DNA of 54,998 nucleotides, filler included, from Perkinsus olseni (Eukaryota): NCBI GenBank assembly GCA_013115125.1. It is 2 parts of 2 records of this genome, joined end to end, with 100 filler letters (N's around TTAATTAATTAA, not from the genome) between each part and the next. Parts side by side here need not be neighbours in the genome. Positions count along the whole stretch, not along the records: positions 27,557 to 54,998 come from JABANN010000466.1; 1 more part is not named here. One strand, 5' to 3'. Shown piece by piece: positions 38,301 to 49,667 of this stretch (position 1 is its first letter; each line of letters starts with the position of its first letter). The notes under the pieces were generated by a model. It saw only the letters and a program-made list of their open reading frames with translations, ran no database searches and was not told where the DNA came from. The position numbers and the translations under genes were made by a program.

Positions 38301-41300
38301 GTTCGATCGATACCGTACCGGGCTGAGGCAAAGTCAAGCCTTGCCCGGGACAAACTAGGGTAACACACTCGCAAGTGTCAGGACATTCGTGCACGTCCTC
38401 AAAATCTACACTCGCGAGCTGCGAGACCATAGCGTCAGTTGACGAGCTCATGACCTCGACGATGGATCGATATGGCAGCGACGGTCGGAATTTACTTAGC
38501 GTGTATGCGACCGACACGAGATCAACGGGGGCAGGAGAGGACTGAAGGAACTCTGTGAGAGCCTTAGCCTCCTCCTGAAGACCTTCCTGGTCGTAGGAAG
38601 ACAAAGCGATATATATGGGATGACCCTCAGACGCGGAGCTAAGTGCCCTGGGCACCTGCGGCACGCTTTCGATAATAACGTGGGCGTTTGTACCACCAAT
38701 CCCCAGAGCGCTGACAGCGGCAACTCGAGGAGACCCACTCCACGGCTCAAAGATACGTTGGAGCTCCATGTTGGATGCTTCCAGTCGATGCGACAGCAAA
38801 GGATTTACATCCCCTGAGGAGGAAGAACATACTACAAGCCTCGACAAGCGCCAGTTCTACCTTCCGAGGACGAGCCAGAAGGCACCAGCACACCTTCATA
38901 GACGCACATAACCGCCTTAGCAAAACCCATAGCCCCAGCAGCTGTGTTGGCGTGGCCAATGTTGCCCTTCACGCTTCCAACAGAGATTCTACCACTGCCC
39001 TTCTTCCTCCAATACTGTCCAGCAAGGGCCTCCGCTTCTATAGGATCTCCAACGTACGTGCCAGTAGCATGAGCCTCTATCATTCTCACATCTCCACTGA
39101 CAGCGTTGCCGCAGTCACTCTGCGCGGCTCGAATGGCTCTTTCGTGACCGTCAACGCTAGGAGCGGAGAAAGGCTTGCCGGCGCCATCGTTGCAAACCCC
39201 TATACCCGAGATGAGGCAGTAGACTGGATCGTCGTCTCGCAAGGCATCCTCGTAGGGCTTCAATAGGAAGCAGTGACCGCCATTACTGTTCGCCGTTCCA
39301 CTGGCCTGGTCGGTGAAAGGCTTGCATTTGCCGTCGGAGCTCCATATCATACCATCCTGACTCGCGTGCTCGTTCTGGGGCACGACCAGAGAAACACCAC
39401 CGCACAGGGCCGTGTCACAGGCCCCGTCACGTAGAGCCTGTACTGCTTGACAGACTGCCACTAAAGCCGCGGAGCAAGCTGTGCCGATGCACACAGAGGG
39501 CCCTGTTAGGTTCAACGCATGGCTCGTGCGCATCGCTATATAGTCCTTGTCGTTGCCCATCTCCAACGAGAAATAACGGTCCGGATCAGACACGCGAACG
39601 GAGGGGAGTGTTTCGCCAGGTTCCAGCAGCAGAGTGAGGTAGTGTGGGAGCGAACCACCGGACACGAAAACCTATTGAGACAGCCGGCTCCCCGGAAACG
39701 ACAGCCGAGAAAAGCTCCGAAAGCATTACCCCACAATTGATCGCATCCCCGTTCTCCATCGCAGGGCCCATTCCACCATCGGTGAGAGCTTCATAGGCCA
39801 TCTCCAGCCACATGCGTTGATGAGGATCGAGGAGGACGGGATCCGAAACTCCCCTGCGTGCCCAGAAGTCAATGTCAAAGCCCGAGACCAGAGCCGGATC
39901 AAGATAGTAGCCGCCAGGGACGTTACCTGAGTTTGACCGTGAGTAGCCAGCATCCAGGGGACCCGCTCTCACTTACCAACACCTGTATGGCCGTCCGGAG
40001 GAACAGTGAAGGGATTGAACGGACCAGACTTGCCACTCAGCGCCTCCAGAAGGCTCGAGAAACTTGTCTGGCCGATGCCGGGCCATCTTCCACTAGCTCC
40101 AATCACAGCGATGCGACGATCTCTCTCAGCGTCGCTCCGCTCAAGGCCGACTCCGAGATGCGGACCCCTATTCGGAGCACCGCGGTTTTGCGTCAAGTAG
40201 TTAATGATGTCCCTCGGGGTGTCTAATGTCCCGTCGAGCATGAGCTTCGCCGGTATCCTCAGCGACGCGGCTATTCTCATGGCTGTCAGCGACTGGCCAC
40301 CGCACTGACGCCAGAACGAGCCATCGATGTCAAAGTCGATGCCGAGCGTGTCTTCCCAGACGGCAGCCACTCGCGCATCAACAGGACGGTGCACACTCTG
40401 TCTGCCGACTTTGACGTCGTGTGTCGGGCCCTTCTCGCGTGACCTTCTCGAATCGCAGACGCTTCTCTTGATGACGTTCTTATCTACCTTGCCGGTCTTC
40501 ATCATAGGGAAGTTGCCCTCCCACAGAATAGCCCTCTGCGGGACGTGCCCCTCGGGAAGATTCGCTCCGCGGAGGGAATCCAAAAGATCGCCGGGCTCGA
40601 CAATTCTGCCAGTTCCAGTAACAGTGTAGGCAACGACTAGCTCCTCCTCAACAGCCATCGCGCACACCTCCGCCACTCCCTTGAGATCTCGGCACTTGGA
40701 CTCGACCAAGCGTAAGTCGACTTTGAATCCGCGAATCTGACAGGAGAAACAAAGCACAGTTAAGTTCGGGTTCGAAGGGGCCTATCAAAGACCTGCATAG
40801 CGCTTCCCGAGGACGGCCCACCTTGACGTTGTCGTCCGCTCTGCCCAGAATAACAAGGCCAAGTCCATAAATAGACCGCACTCTATCTCGAGACCTCCAC
40901 CCATACTGGGAGCTGAAGCCGGAACAAGTTTGCTCCCTGTCGTTCACATAAGACATGGTGCCGCCGATATGATCCACGAAGAGTTCTCCTTCCCCGCTAT
41001 TCATCGCACCTGACAAGCAAACATTCCCTTGAGAGGTGTTAGTGGCAGCTGATCATACTCCGTTACACAGGGTGAACGAGAGCTCAGCAAGAGGCACAGT
41101 ATGGAGTGAAACCATTATGGCGCTGACATACCATTCTCCTTAGTGTCCTCTATGTGCAGCTTGATGTTCCATATAGGACTTCCTATCGGAGCGAACGCCA
41201 TAGAGTCCGCCCACAGAGGCAAATCCGCAGCAGTCATAGAATAGAAGGCAGCATCGCCAGTCTCAGTAGTGGAAAACAAGTTGACGAGGCGGGACTCCTT

Positions 41301-42931
41301 AGGCTGCGTCGCGAAGAACTTCCGACAGACCTGTGACCGACCTGTGAATAACGCGGTGAGCCGCGTTGAAATATCCTACCTGTTCCGATAGTGGCTCACC
41401 GCTGACCACTATTTTGGAAGGGAGTAGCTTAGCTGACGCGTCATCCTGAGGAAGCAGATATGCTTCAACGAAAAGAACAAAAAATATTGGGGTATCTCCA
41501 CCCCCGATTCTGCCCGCCCGACACGGTAGCTTCGAGGGTAACACCCAGCTAAGCTTCGCTGCCGACCTCTTCCGGAAGAGTGAGGTCCTTAATTTCAGAG
41601 GACCGGAAGATGTTCCCGAGAACCCACCTCGTTGTTGACATAATCAATCATGGCACCCAACAAGGACGGCGTCATGCAATCCACAATGGTCACTTCATCA
41701 CTGCGCAGCTTGTTGACGTGCACCTCCTGACAAAGCGCGCACCTTCACGGACCGATGTCAGTCCCACGCCCTACCAAATCCGTGAGTTCCTTGTCCTGAA
41801 TGAGCACCGTCGAGGCGCCAATACAGAGCGGCTGCCACCAATACCACAACAGAAAGAGATTTGCAGCCACCACTTCGTGCATCGCTCCGCCGTTGAAAAA
41901 CATGCGCTCATCACACCACGCCCAAAGCATCATGTTAATTAGGGTTTTATGTGTAGTAACAACACCCTTCGGGAGGCCGCTCGTACTCCCACTCGTCCAG
42001 TCCACGAAGCATGGTGACTCAGCTGTGGCGAGGATATGTGGTGCCTTCACGGGGAATTGAACCGGGCTCCTCACGCCATCGACAACAACTTGTTTACCGG
42101 CCAAGTCCAGTACTACGTCCGTACGAAAAGGAATCCTCACCATGCCCCCGACTGGAGCAGTATGAGCCTCAGGATCACAGCAAATCCATGCTTTCGGTTC
42201 CCAACGCTCGAGCACTCTCTCGCGAGCGGGTGTTTTCAATAAAGTCCGTTTGTCCATTAGAGAAAAGGGCACTCCCGAAGCGGCCAAGGCATACATAACC
42301 ACGGCCCAAGTGAGCCTCGACGATGGGGTGTCCGAAAAGGTCACCAAAACATGAGTCCCCGATCCCATCGTACGCATAACCATACGCTGCACAATACCAG
42401 CGTATGCCACAAACTCTTCATAAGTGACCTTCTGATCTCCACAAGTGAGCGCCACTTTCTTCGGTTGCAGCTTCCACGACCTCTCCACCAGTACCGGCCA
42501 CGGCACGGCGACCAGCGGATGGGTGGACAGAACTTCGTGAACCTTACTCAGCGCGCGCTGGGGGTTAAGCACATCTTCTTGTGATATCTCTATGTAGCAA
42601 TCCGCGCTCTTTCGGATCGGACTTTCAACGTCGAGCTTCTCCAGAGTAGCCAAGGCGTACGGACCCCAAGCACGGTTCCACATCCACCCGTGGCCGGCCC
42701 ACACTAGAGTGTACAGCACATTGCTTGTCCAGAAGCGCTCCCTCGACCAGAGATCACGAACAATTCTGAAAAGACCATGATGCCAGACATACATGGCGAA
42801 ATGATGGCACGTCTGGGACGAAAGGAAGTGGGTGTCGCCGATACTACAGTCCATCTGGGTCGTATATAACCAAGGCTAGCCTCATGAAATCCATCCTGTC
42901 GGCGCCACTCGACGAGGAGGAAGGTGGGCAT
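32336..42931 (-). CDS. Hybrid NRPS-PKS: (N-terminal extension)-A-T-KS-AT-KR-DH-ER-T-FSH1 serine hydrolase, multi-exon
   Basis: A: WTSGSTSGLPKGV, SGEPL, NLFSTTETG, GRADDNVK-IRGFKVDL, KTGKVDK. T: GGQSL (Ser about 40291). KS: GTACSAAL, EAHATGT, KGNIGHANTAAG. AT: PGQG, GASLG, AFHS. KR: ITGGFGGLG, GQSVYAAAN. DH: HRTEGGIVVP, MDACTH. ER: GLSFLDAL, VLVHSAAGGVG. T: LGFDSL. FSH1: LALHGFRTN, GFSQG, GHAVP. The KS-region ORF breaks I checked correspond to GT-AG introns; start codon tentative. Confidence 0.92.
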
Positions 42932-43588
42932 TTGGTCATCACTCAGACGGAAGGAGAGTTGGTGGAAAAACGCTCAAGCTGTTGAACATACCACGATCGT
43001 TGAGATAATAGCCGCCCACGAGTGGCCATCCAGGATATCTTCGACAGCAAAGATCTCTTCTACTCCACGCTCACTCCCCGCCAATTTGTTTCCCCCTCCG
43101 AAGAAGGATTCTCTTTTCTAGCGACTGAAGAGGGAGCTCGCTGAGAAGTTCTTGTACAACCACAATTGGAGAGAAGCGTTATAGCTATAGTAGCTCTAAC
43201 GAGAGTAGCTATAGGAGAGTAGCTATAGTAAGATACGGGTGTTAGTGGGTGGTACAAACCCTATGACACGGTGATCGAGTTGTCACTGCCATACGTTGCA
43301 CAGAGGACCTGTTTCTATCAAGCGACGGGTGAGCAACAGCTGTTACACAGCTTTCATGACAATCGACTCATTCCGCCGCGAGGCAGAAGATCGACCGGGA
43401 CTACCAATTCGAGCTTCTTTCGAGTTCGACGCAAAAACGCGACAAGCGATGCTAAGCCTCTCCCCAAACTCACAACCCAGACCGTCATAACAGCGCTGTC
43501 ATCCTGACCGACGAGGACGAACACAAGGGCAGACATCGGCTCCGCAATGAAACTTATCCGACACCATCGACACATAAGGGTGTAATAC

Positions 43589-46254
43589 TTACTTCGCCGC
43601 CGTAGATCTCGCGCGCATCTTCGCTCGAGCAGCGCTAATCTGATAAGGCAGGAACGAGTGTCGGAAAAGCGGGTGACACGGAAATCACACCAACCACGGC
43701 GTCGACCAGAAAAGAATTGAGTCAATAAAGGTTACACGATGTCCCATCCCATCTAGTACCATTTGCTCCTTCGCGATGAGGTGACCAGTGGACTCGACCA
43801 AGTCCAACAGGTTGTGTATATCGGAACCCCATTTATCCAAACGCTGGGTTGTCGTCAGCCTTCGACCGAACCTGCAACGGAAGAACGTTCCCCCACACGC
43901 TCACGCGCACAAAAATGCAACGCTCCCGGTCACGGAAGGGAAAAGGCGCGTATTATCGCCTCCTCCATAGCGGACTCGACCTACCTGATTATCCCAGCAG
44001 GACGATCAATCTTAGCGGCGAGGAAACCACCGGTGACCAGCTCACAGACTTCCTTCTCAGTCTCGTCCACAGTAACGCCGATCATCTTCGCCCTGGAATT
44101 CGACAAAAAAAGCTCACCTTGCCGCGCTTTTGCTAGCAGAGATGCAACTTACAAAGATGCAGTATGAATCCTAGTGTAGTACACGGCGGCCACCTTCACG
44201 ATATTCTGAAGAAGGGTTGAGTGCGAGAAGCGATGAGCAAGCCGCGGGATGTAACGAATTTCGCGAAACAAGAGGGTTCTCAGGACCCAAGGCAATGAAC
44301 TGGGCCACAAGTGAGTGAAACACCGGAAGCTTACATGTTGGACAACGCGCTTTCGGAAAAGGTTCCACCTCTCAGAACCGCTGACAACGACGAAATACTG
44401 AGAAACACAGGTGTAATTGAACTTACCCTTGATACTCAGGCTCTTTGTCAGCCGCCGCGTCATTGAAGACCTGAAGCAAACCATCACGGAGGAAACTTCA
44501 CACGATAAGGCTACCTTATGAGCCTTGACGGTTGCCTCATTCGGGAGTGGTGTGGGCACCAATTCCTCGGCGAGAAAGGCGTCCAAAAGGCCACTGACCA
44601 ATGAAACAAGTCAGTCGCAGGCACTTAGTGCTTCTACGGAAGTCCACCTGTAGACTGGCACACTCTCGAGACGCTTCTTCTCGGATTCCCGCAGCTTGTA
44701 GAGAGAATCAGTTTGCTCGTTAGAGTAGGGCGACAAGATGAGATATAACACCGAGCACTCGAGGGCCTGTAAAAATGGTATAGGGCTTCGGAGCCGCTAC
44801 GACAGGATCCCGATAGTACCTCAGTCCACCTGGACTCATCCTCCTGAGTCTTCTTGGTATTCAGAATAGCACGGTAGCACTTATACACCTGTCGGAAAGC
44901 AAAATGCCAATTGAATCGAACGTTCACAACCTCCACGATCACCTCGAGGTAATTCTTCTCATAAAGCCAGTAGCGAACAAGATACCTGCAACGCGTGAAA
45001 GTGACCGCCGCCGGCGAGATCCGCGATGGTTACGTATAGTAGGTGATTTTGATATCTTGCATGCCCTCGTCCCTCTCCAACTGCCTTGGGTTGATCTTCC
45101 TGGAGATGATTTGTGCGCCTACCAGAAAAGACTCCATTCGTACTCCTGGACGGCGGCCGCTGAGCGCGCAGCTTACGAATATAGTCGCCTTTCCGAAGGA
45201 CCAGGCGCATCTGGGAAAAGAAAAAAAGGATGGAGCTATGATACCACGCGCAAATATCGCCTCCTCACCTGCTCCAGAATGTACTCGGCCTTCTCGTTCT
45301 TCTCCATCGCACCGCATGTTTCGATCTGTTCGTCTTGAATGATGTTTGCCGCCTGAAAAGTCGCACTCAGATCGGAGTTCATCGCAAGTTAGGGAAGAAA
45401 CGATAGAGAGGTGAAGCCCCGTCTTCAGGAGAAAGATAATACATCCCTAAGCATACCTCGGTCGGGTCACCATCTTGCTCCTTCATGTGCGCCAGCCTCA
45501 GGCGTAGTCTGGCACGCTCGACTTCCACGAATATCTTGCCTGAAAATTCAAGTTCGAGCTTTCACTTGATCGAGGCATATTCCGTCATGTACGGATGATG
45601 TAAGCACACTGCACATCAAAGTCACTCACTATCAAGTCTACTACGGAACCGTGCGGGCCTATGCGACGGCAGGCCGAGTCCTTCATTCGTAATACTACCT
45701 TCGGTAACCTCAGAGAGGGTGTCAACCATAGCGTACTGTTGCTTCCTATCCAAGTTATCCAACCAGCCCATGCACACATGTACCTATACCGCAGTTTCTC
45801 ACACGGCCACCACTACTCAACTGCAGTTTACCAAATCAGCCACCGCACGTTTGAGCTGGCCACGCTTCTTCGTCATGGTGTGTATCATCTCCAGTAGCCG
45901 ATCGAACTGCTTAGCATTGTATCTGCTCCAACCATGTGCGTATTCTCGTTTACAACCCCTCCTTACAGCAGAGTGGCCATCTCCACTAGGAGGCGACTGC
46001 ACGTTGCCGCATCGCTGGCCTGTCGGGCCTTCTTCTCCAACACCGCCAGCGCGTCCAAGGCCTCATCGAGTCGTCCAGCCTGCCAAGTGCGCTCAACAAC
46101 CGACCAAAGCAAACACGAATCTTGCCTTGGCCATATCGCGGCTGTTTGAAATAACACTGTCGGCTTCGGCGCTGAAATCTTGAGTAGCTCTTGGGTCCTT
46201 GACCAGGGAGTCAAGGCCTCTGTTCACCACGGTACTCGCTGCTTCGTCAGCCAT
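43589..46254 (-). CDS. RPN5: 26S proteasome regulatory subunit RPN5 (PSMD12)
   Basis: LAVLEKKARQASDAATCSRLL, KKRGQLKRAV, GKIFVEVERARL, EKAEYILEQMRLVL, RWNLFRKRVVQHNI..YYTRI, AKIDRPAGII, LDKWGSDIHNLLDLVESTGHLIAKEQM. Confidence 0.93.
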
Positions 46255-46978
46255 TACGAACTCTCACGAGAAGTTTCCGTTAACAAAAACAACACTAAGC
46301 TGGAAGGAGCCACTACTTGCCGTATTACGCAGTCCAGGCGGCTCGACCCTAGTGCTGCTGAAGCGCTTCCGGTCGATGATTTGCGGAAAGCAACGCTACT
46401 CATCAACGAGTTCATCGCATGTTCGGCTGGCAGGAGGCATGTCCACCTCATTCGCCTCGAACCCGGACAATCCGAGTTGGAGTGTCGGCGAACGGCCACC
46501 GATAGTCCAGTCAATCCCCAATTGGCCATCGCATTCAACTTGAATGATTCAAGGGGCTCTAACAAGGTGCACCGTAGAGTTTAGGAAGCGCGTAGCACTC
46601 ATAACACAACGAGGCACTCACAATTTGTGACTCAGAAAGCGTCAACACATGCTTGCTGCCTTCACGAAGTAGACCATCCAAGCAGGATACGAAGAACTCC
46701 TGGAAGATCACTCCTCGACGGGTGAATCTCGATCCTATATCCACAGAACCAGTTTTTTTGAGCGGGAATGGAATCGTAGCGTCTGACATGGCAGACTCAA
46801 CGGATGACAAAAGCCAACACATAACCAGTTCAGAGTTCGGCCAACACCTCCACAAAATAGGGATCTGGGCGTGCGCGATTGATTTCAAAAATGCGCGCGC
46901 CCAGAAATGGACTCAAGATTGGTTTGGTTGTCTGCCTGCTGGGTGGAGCAATGAGTTTCAGGAGGCCCAAAGATTTTA

Positions 46979-49016
46979 ATGTCGGCTTCCGAGTCCGCCG
47001 TCGAACATCCGACGACCAGCCCGGCCGGCGTGGCTGTTGCTGCTCCGCTGGAGGCCCAGGGTGATACGAACACGCATGTAATACAGAGGATCCAGGGCTT
47101 GGCAGTACGGCAGACTAACGATAAGGTGTTCCAGGTTCCTGTATCCGAGAGTTCGGTCTCGCTTGGTGCGCATGCGGCGGAACTGGGTGGTGCCATCGGA
47201 GGGGAGAAGAGGTCCCGTGAAGAGGATCTTGTGGGGGCGGAAACTTCTAATGAAGAGCCCCCCACTAAGAAGGCTGCGAGCGAAGGAGAAGAGCAACCAC
47301 AGAAAACAGGAGGGGCGGAGGTAACAAGGAATGCTACTGAGATGCAAAGCTCTGCTGCCGAGACCACTCCGCAAATTAACGGTAATTCGTCTAGTCGTTG
47401 CCTCGATCCACGGAGACGTATCGGTGCGCAGGTTCGACCCAAGCGGCTCCCATCGGGCCTTCAACACCACCGGTACCTTTTGGCCCTGCAGCTCCAGACG
47501 GACAGCTAGACCAACATCGATGGGGAGCTGATGCTGGCCCATTCCGTCATACGCTGAAGGTGCCGCAGCATTGTGTGGCCCAGATCATCGGTCGAGGGGG
47601 AGCCAACTTGACAAGTACTCGGAACACATCTCGATGTCACATTGAGGTAATCGTTTTGAGCTCATCATGCGCCCTGTTCGACGGCCTTTCCCTCTTCAGT
47701 GCGACCAGCACACGAAAGACCAGGGGTACTCGCTTTTCCACATAGACGGTAACAGCGAGGAAGACCTGCAGGTGAGCGCGTCACTGTCACACGCGGACTA
47801 TAGATGCATGCCAGGCGGGCATTGATACTCGTTGACGAATCCTGTGCGAATAGTGCAAGTGTCCTCTATGCTTTCAGCGCGCGATCAGAGCCATCGAACG
47901 ACAAACTAAACCCATGGAACCTTTGGAAGGTGAGATACAGCATGTCGTTCAAGTTCCTGATGAACGGGTTGGTGATATCCTCGGACCTCGCGGATGTGTT
48001 GTAAAGGTAGTAGGACGATTCTCGTCGTTACCTGCTTTGAAATTGTCTTCTCAGTGTTTCATGCGTCTCAGGTTATCGCCGATCGCACTGGGTGCCGAAT
48101 CGATATGCAGCAGCGAGGCCTCCAGCGAGGCGAAGCGCGTGCCTGCAGGATCATCGGGAGCCCTGAGGAAGTTCAAGCGGGTATCCAGATGGTGGAGGGC
48201 ATCAGGGACATGCTCATCGACGTTAAGGCTCTCATAAGAGAGTTCGAAGAGGCCAATCCTAACTTCCGCAGAGATCAGCCGGATAATCGGTCCCCCTCTG
48301 GCTGGATGTCGAGTGGCAAGGGCAGCGGTTCATGGGAGAGCCTCTATGGTGGGCGGGCCGACTATGTGTCGCAGGCGGCATACGGAGGCTTTGGAGCTCA
48401 AGAAGCGTGGTCTCATCTCCTGCCGGCATCCGGGCCTATCGATAGGGCCGTTATTGACGTTCCTGCGGACTGTGCTGGACTTGTGATTGGCCGTGGCGGG
48501 GAGAATGTGAAAGGACTGAAGTCGCAGTGTAGCCTGTCAGAGTGTCAAATAGAGAAGGGGGTGGATCAGAGGACTCCTCGTAAAATGACTCTGCAGGGGC
48601 CGGCAACGGGAGTTCAGGCAGCTCTTATGCAATTATCGATGAAGACCAATGGAAGGATCGTCACCATCGTGCAACAACAATACCCAAACTATCAGCCACA
48701 ACAGCAGCAGCAGCAGCCTATGATGCAACAACAGGCTCATCAAGGGCCGATGATGCAGCAGCAGGGATTTAACAATAATACCGGAATGCCGCCTCCGTCA
48801 CAACAACCACAAGGATACGGTATGTCAGCAGTTGGTCAGGGCATGATGCAAAGTGGTGGTGGTGGAATGGACCCAATGGCTCAATACTATTCTCAATGGG
48901 CTGCATATCAACAGCAGGTTGCCGCTAGTAATCAGGCTAATGCGGCTGCTTGGAGCAAGTATTACGCGTCCATGGGGTATCAGCAACCGCCGTCGCAAGG
49001 GCCCAGTCCTCAATGA
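46979..49016 (+). CDS. KH-domain RNA-binding protein (FUBP/KHSRP-like, 3 KH domains plus Q/Y-rich tail), paralog 1
   Basis: VPQHCVAQIIGRGG, VPDERVGDILGPRG, VPADCAGLVIGRGGENVK; tail YYSQWAAY...AAWSKYY. Confidence 0.88.
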
Positions 49017-49667
49017 CGATACGACCTCCTCCTGTTCCTCTGTCGCTCTCTACGTACCATGCCGCGACGCGTTTTTTTTCCTGCTCTGTGGTCATCGCCT
49101 CTTCTTATGTGCTGGGTACCTAAAGTTCCCTCCCTGCTCACCTACTAGACCGTCTGCGTTGATCTAAGAGATGTCACATTCTGCAGTAAATATTCCAATT
49201 TGGTGGTTCTGTGTTGCTGAGTATAGTCAGAGTGGAAGGGCCGTCTCCTTTATTCACCTCAGCAACTGATCGACAGATCACGTGCCACCATCGACAACCG
49301 CGCACGCCCTGGTGATCGCTTTTGATGAACATCGTCGTACGAGACGTGGTCATGTAAGCTTAAAGACCGTCCAATCCCAGGAACGACGGTTGGGTGTTGT
49401 GCTATCGCAGTCCTTGTTGCCCTCCGTACGGCTGGCGATTTCAGCACTGGTCAGGGTGCGGCACCGTTTACAGTCGAGCGAAAATGTGTGCTCGAGAAAG
49501 AGTCAGGGGAGGACAGTTCGTGATTTGCCGCAGAACCAGGTGTCTTATCAAGCGAACGGTCCTCCATAGATGTCCGAGCATAGCTCGTTCGGACCAGACC
49601 ATGCACCTTCGCTTTTATGACGAGACGCCTTGTTACGCGTGATTATGGTAGTCGAGTTCCCTTGGAA

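Noticed and set aside
38810-39975. Apparent frameshifts in the KS suggesting a pseudogene
   Set aside because: Each break matches a short GT-AG intron (about 38815-38860, 39675-39730, 39928-39977) that restores the frame.
14563-42931. A biosynthetic cluster linking the methyltransferase with the NRPS-PKS
   Set aside because: They are separated by an artificial linker, and the methyltransferase has sterol-specific motifs.
32336-42931. Bacterial contamination as the source of the NRPS-PKS
   Set aside because: The gene carries multiple spliceosomal introns like its neighbours and is contiguous with RPN5.
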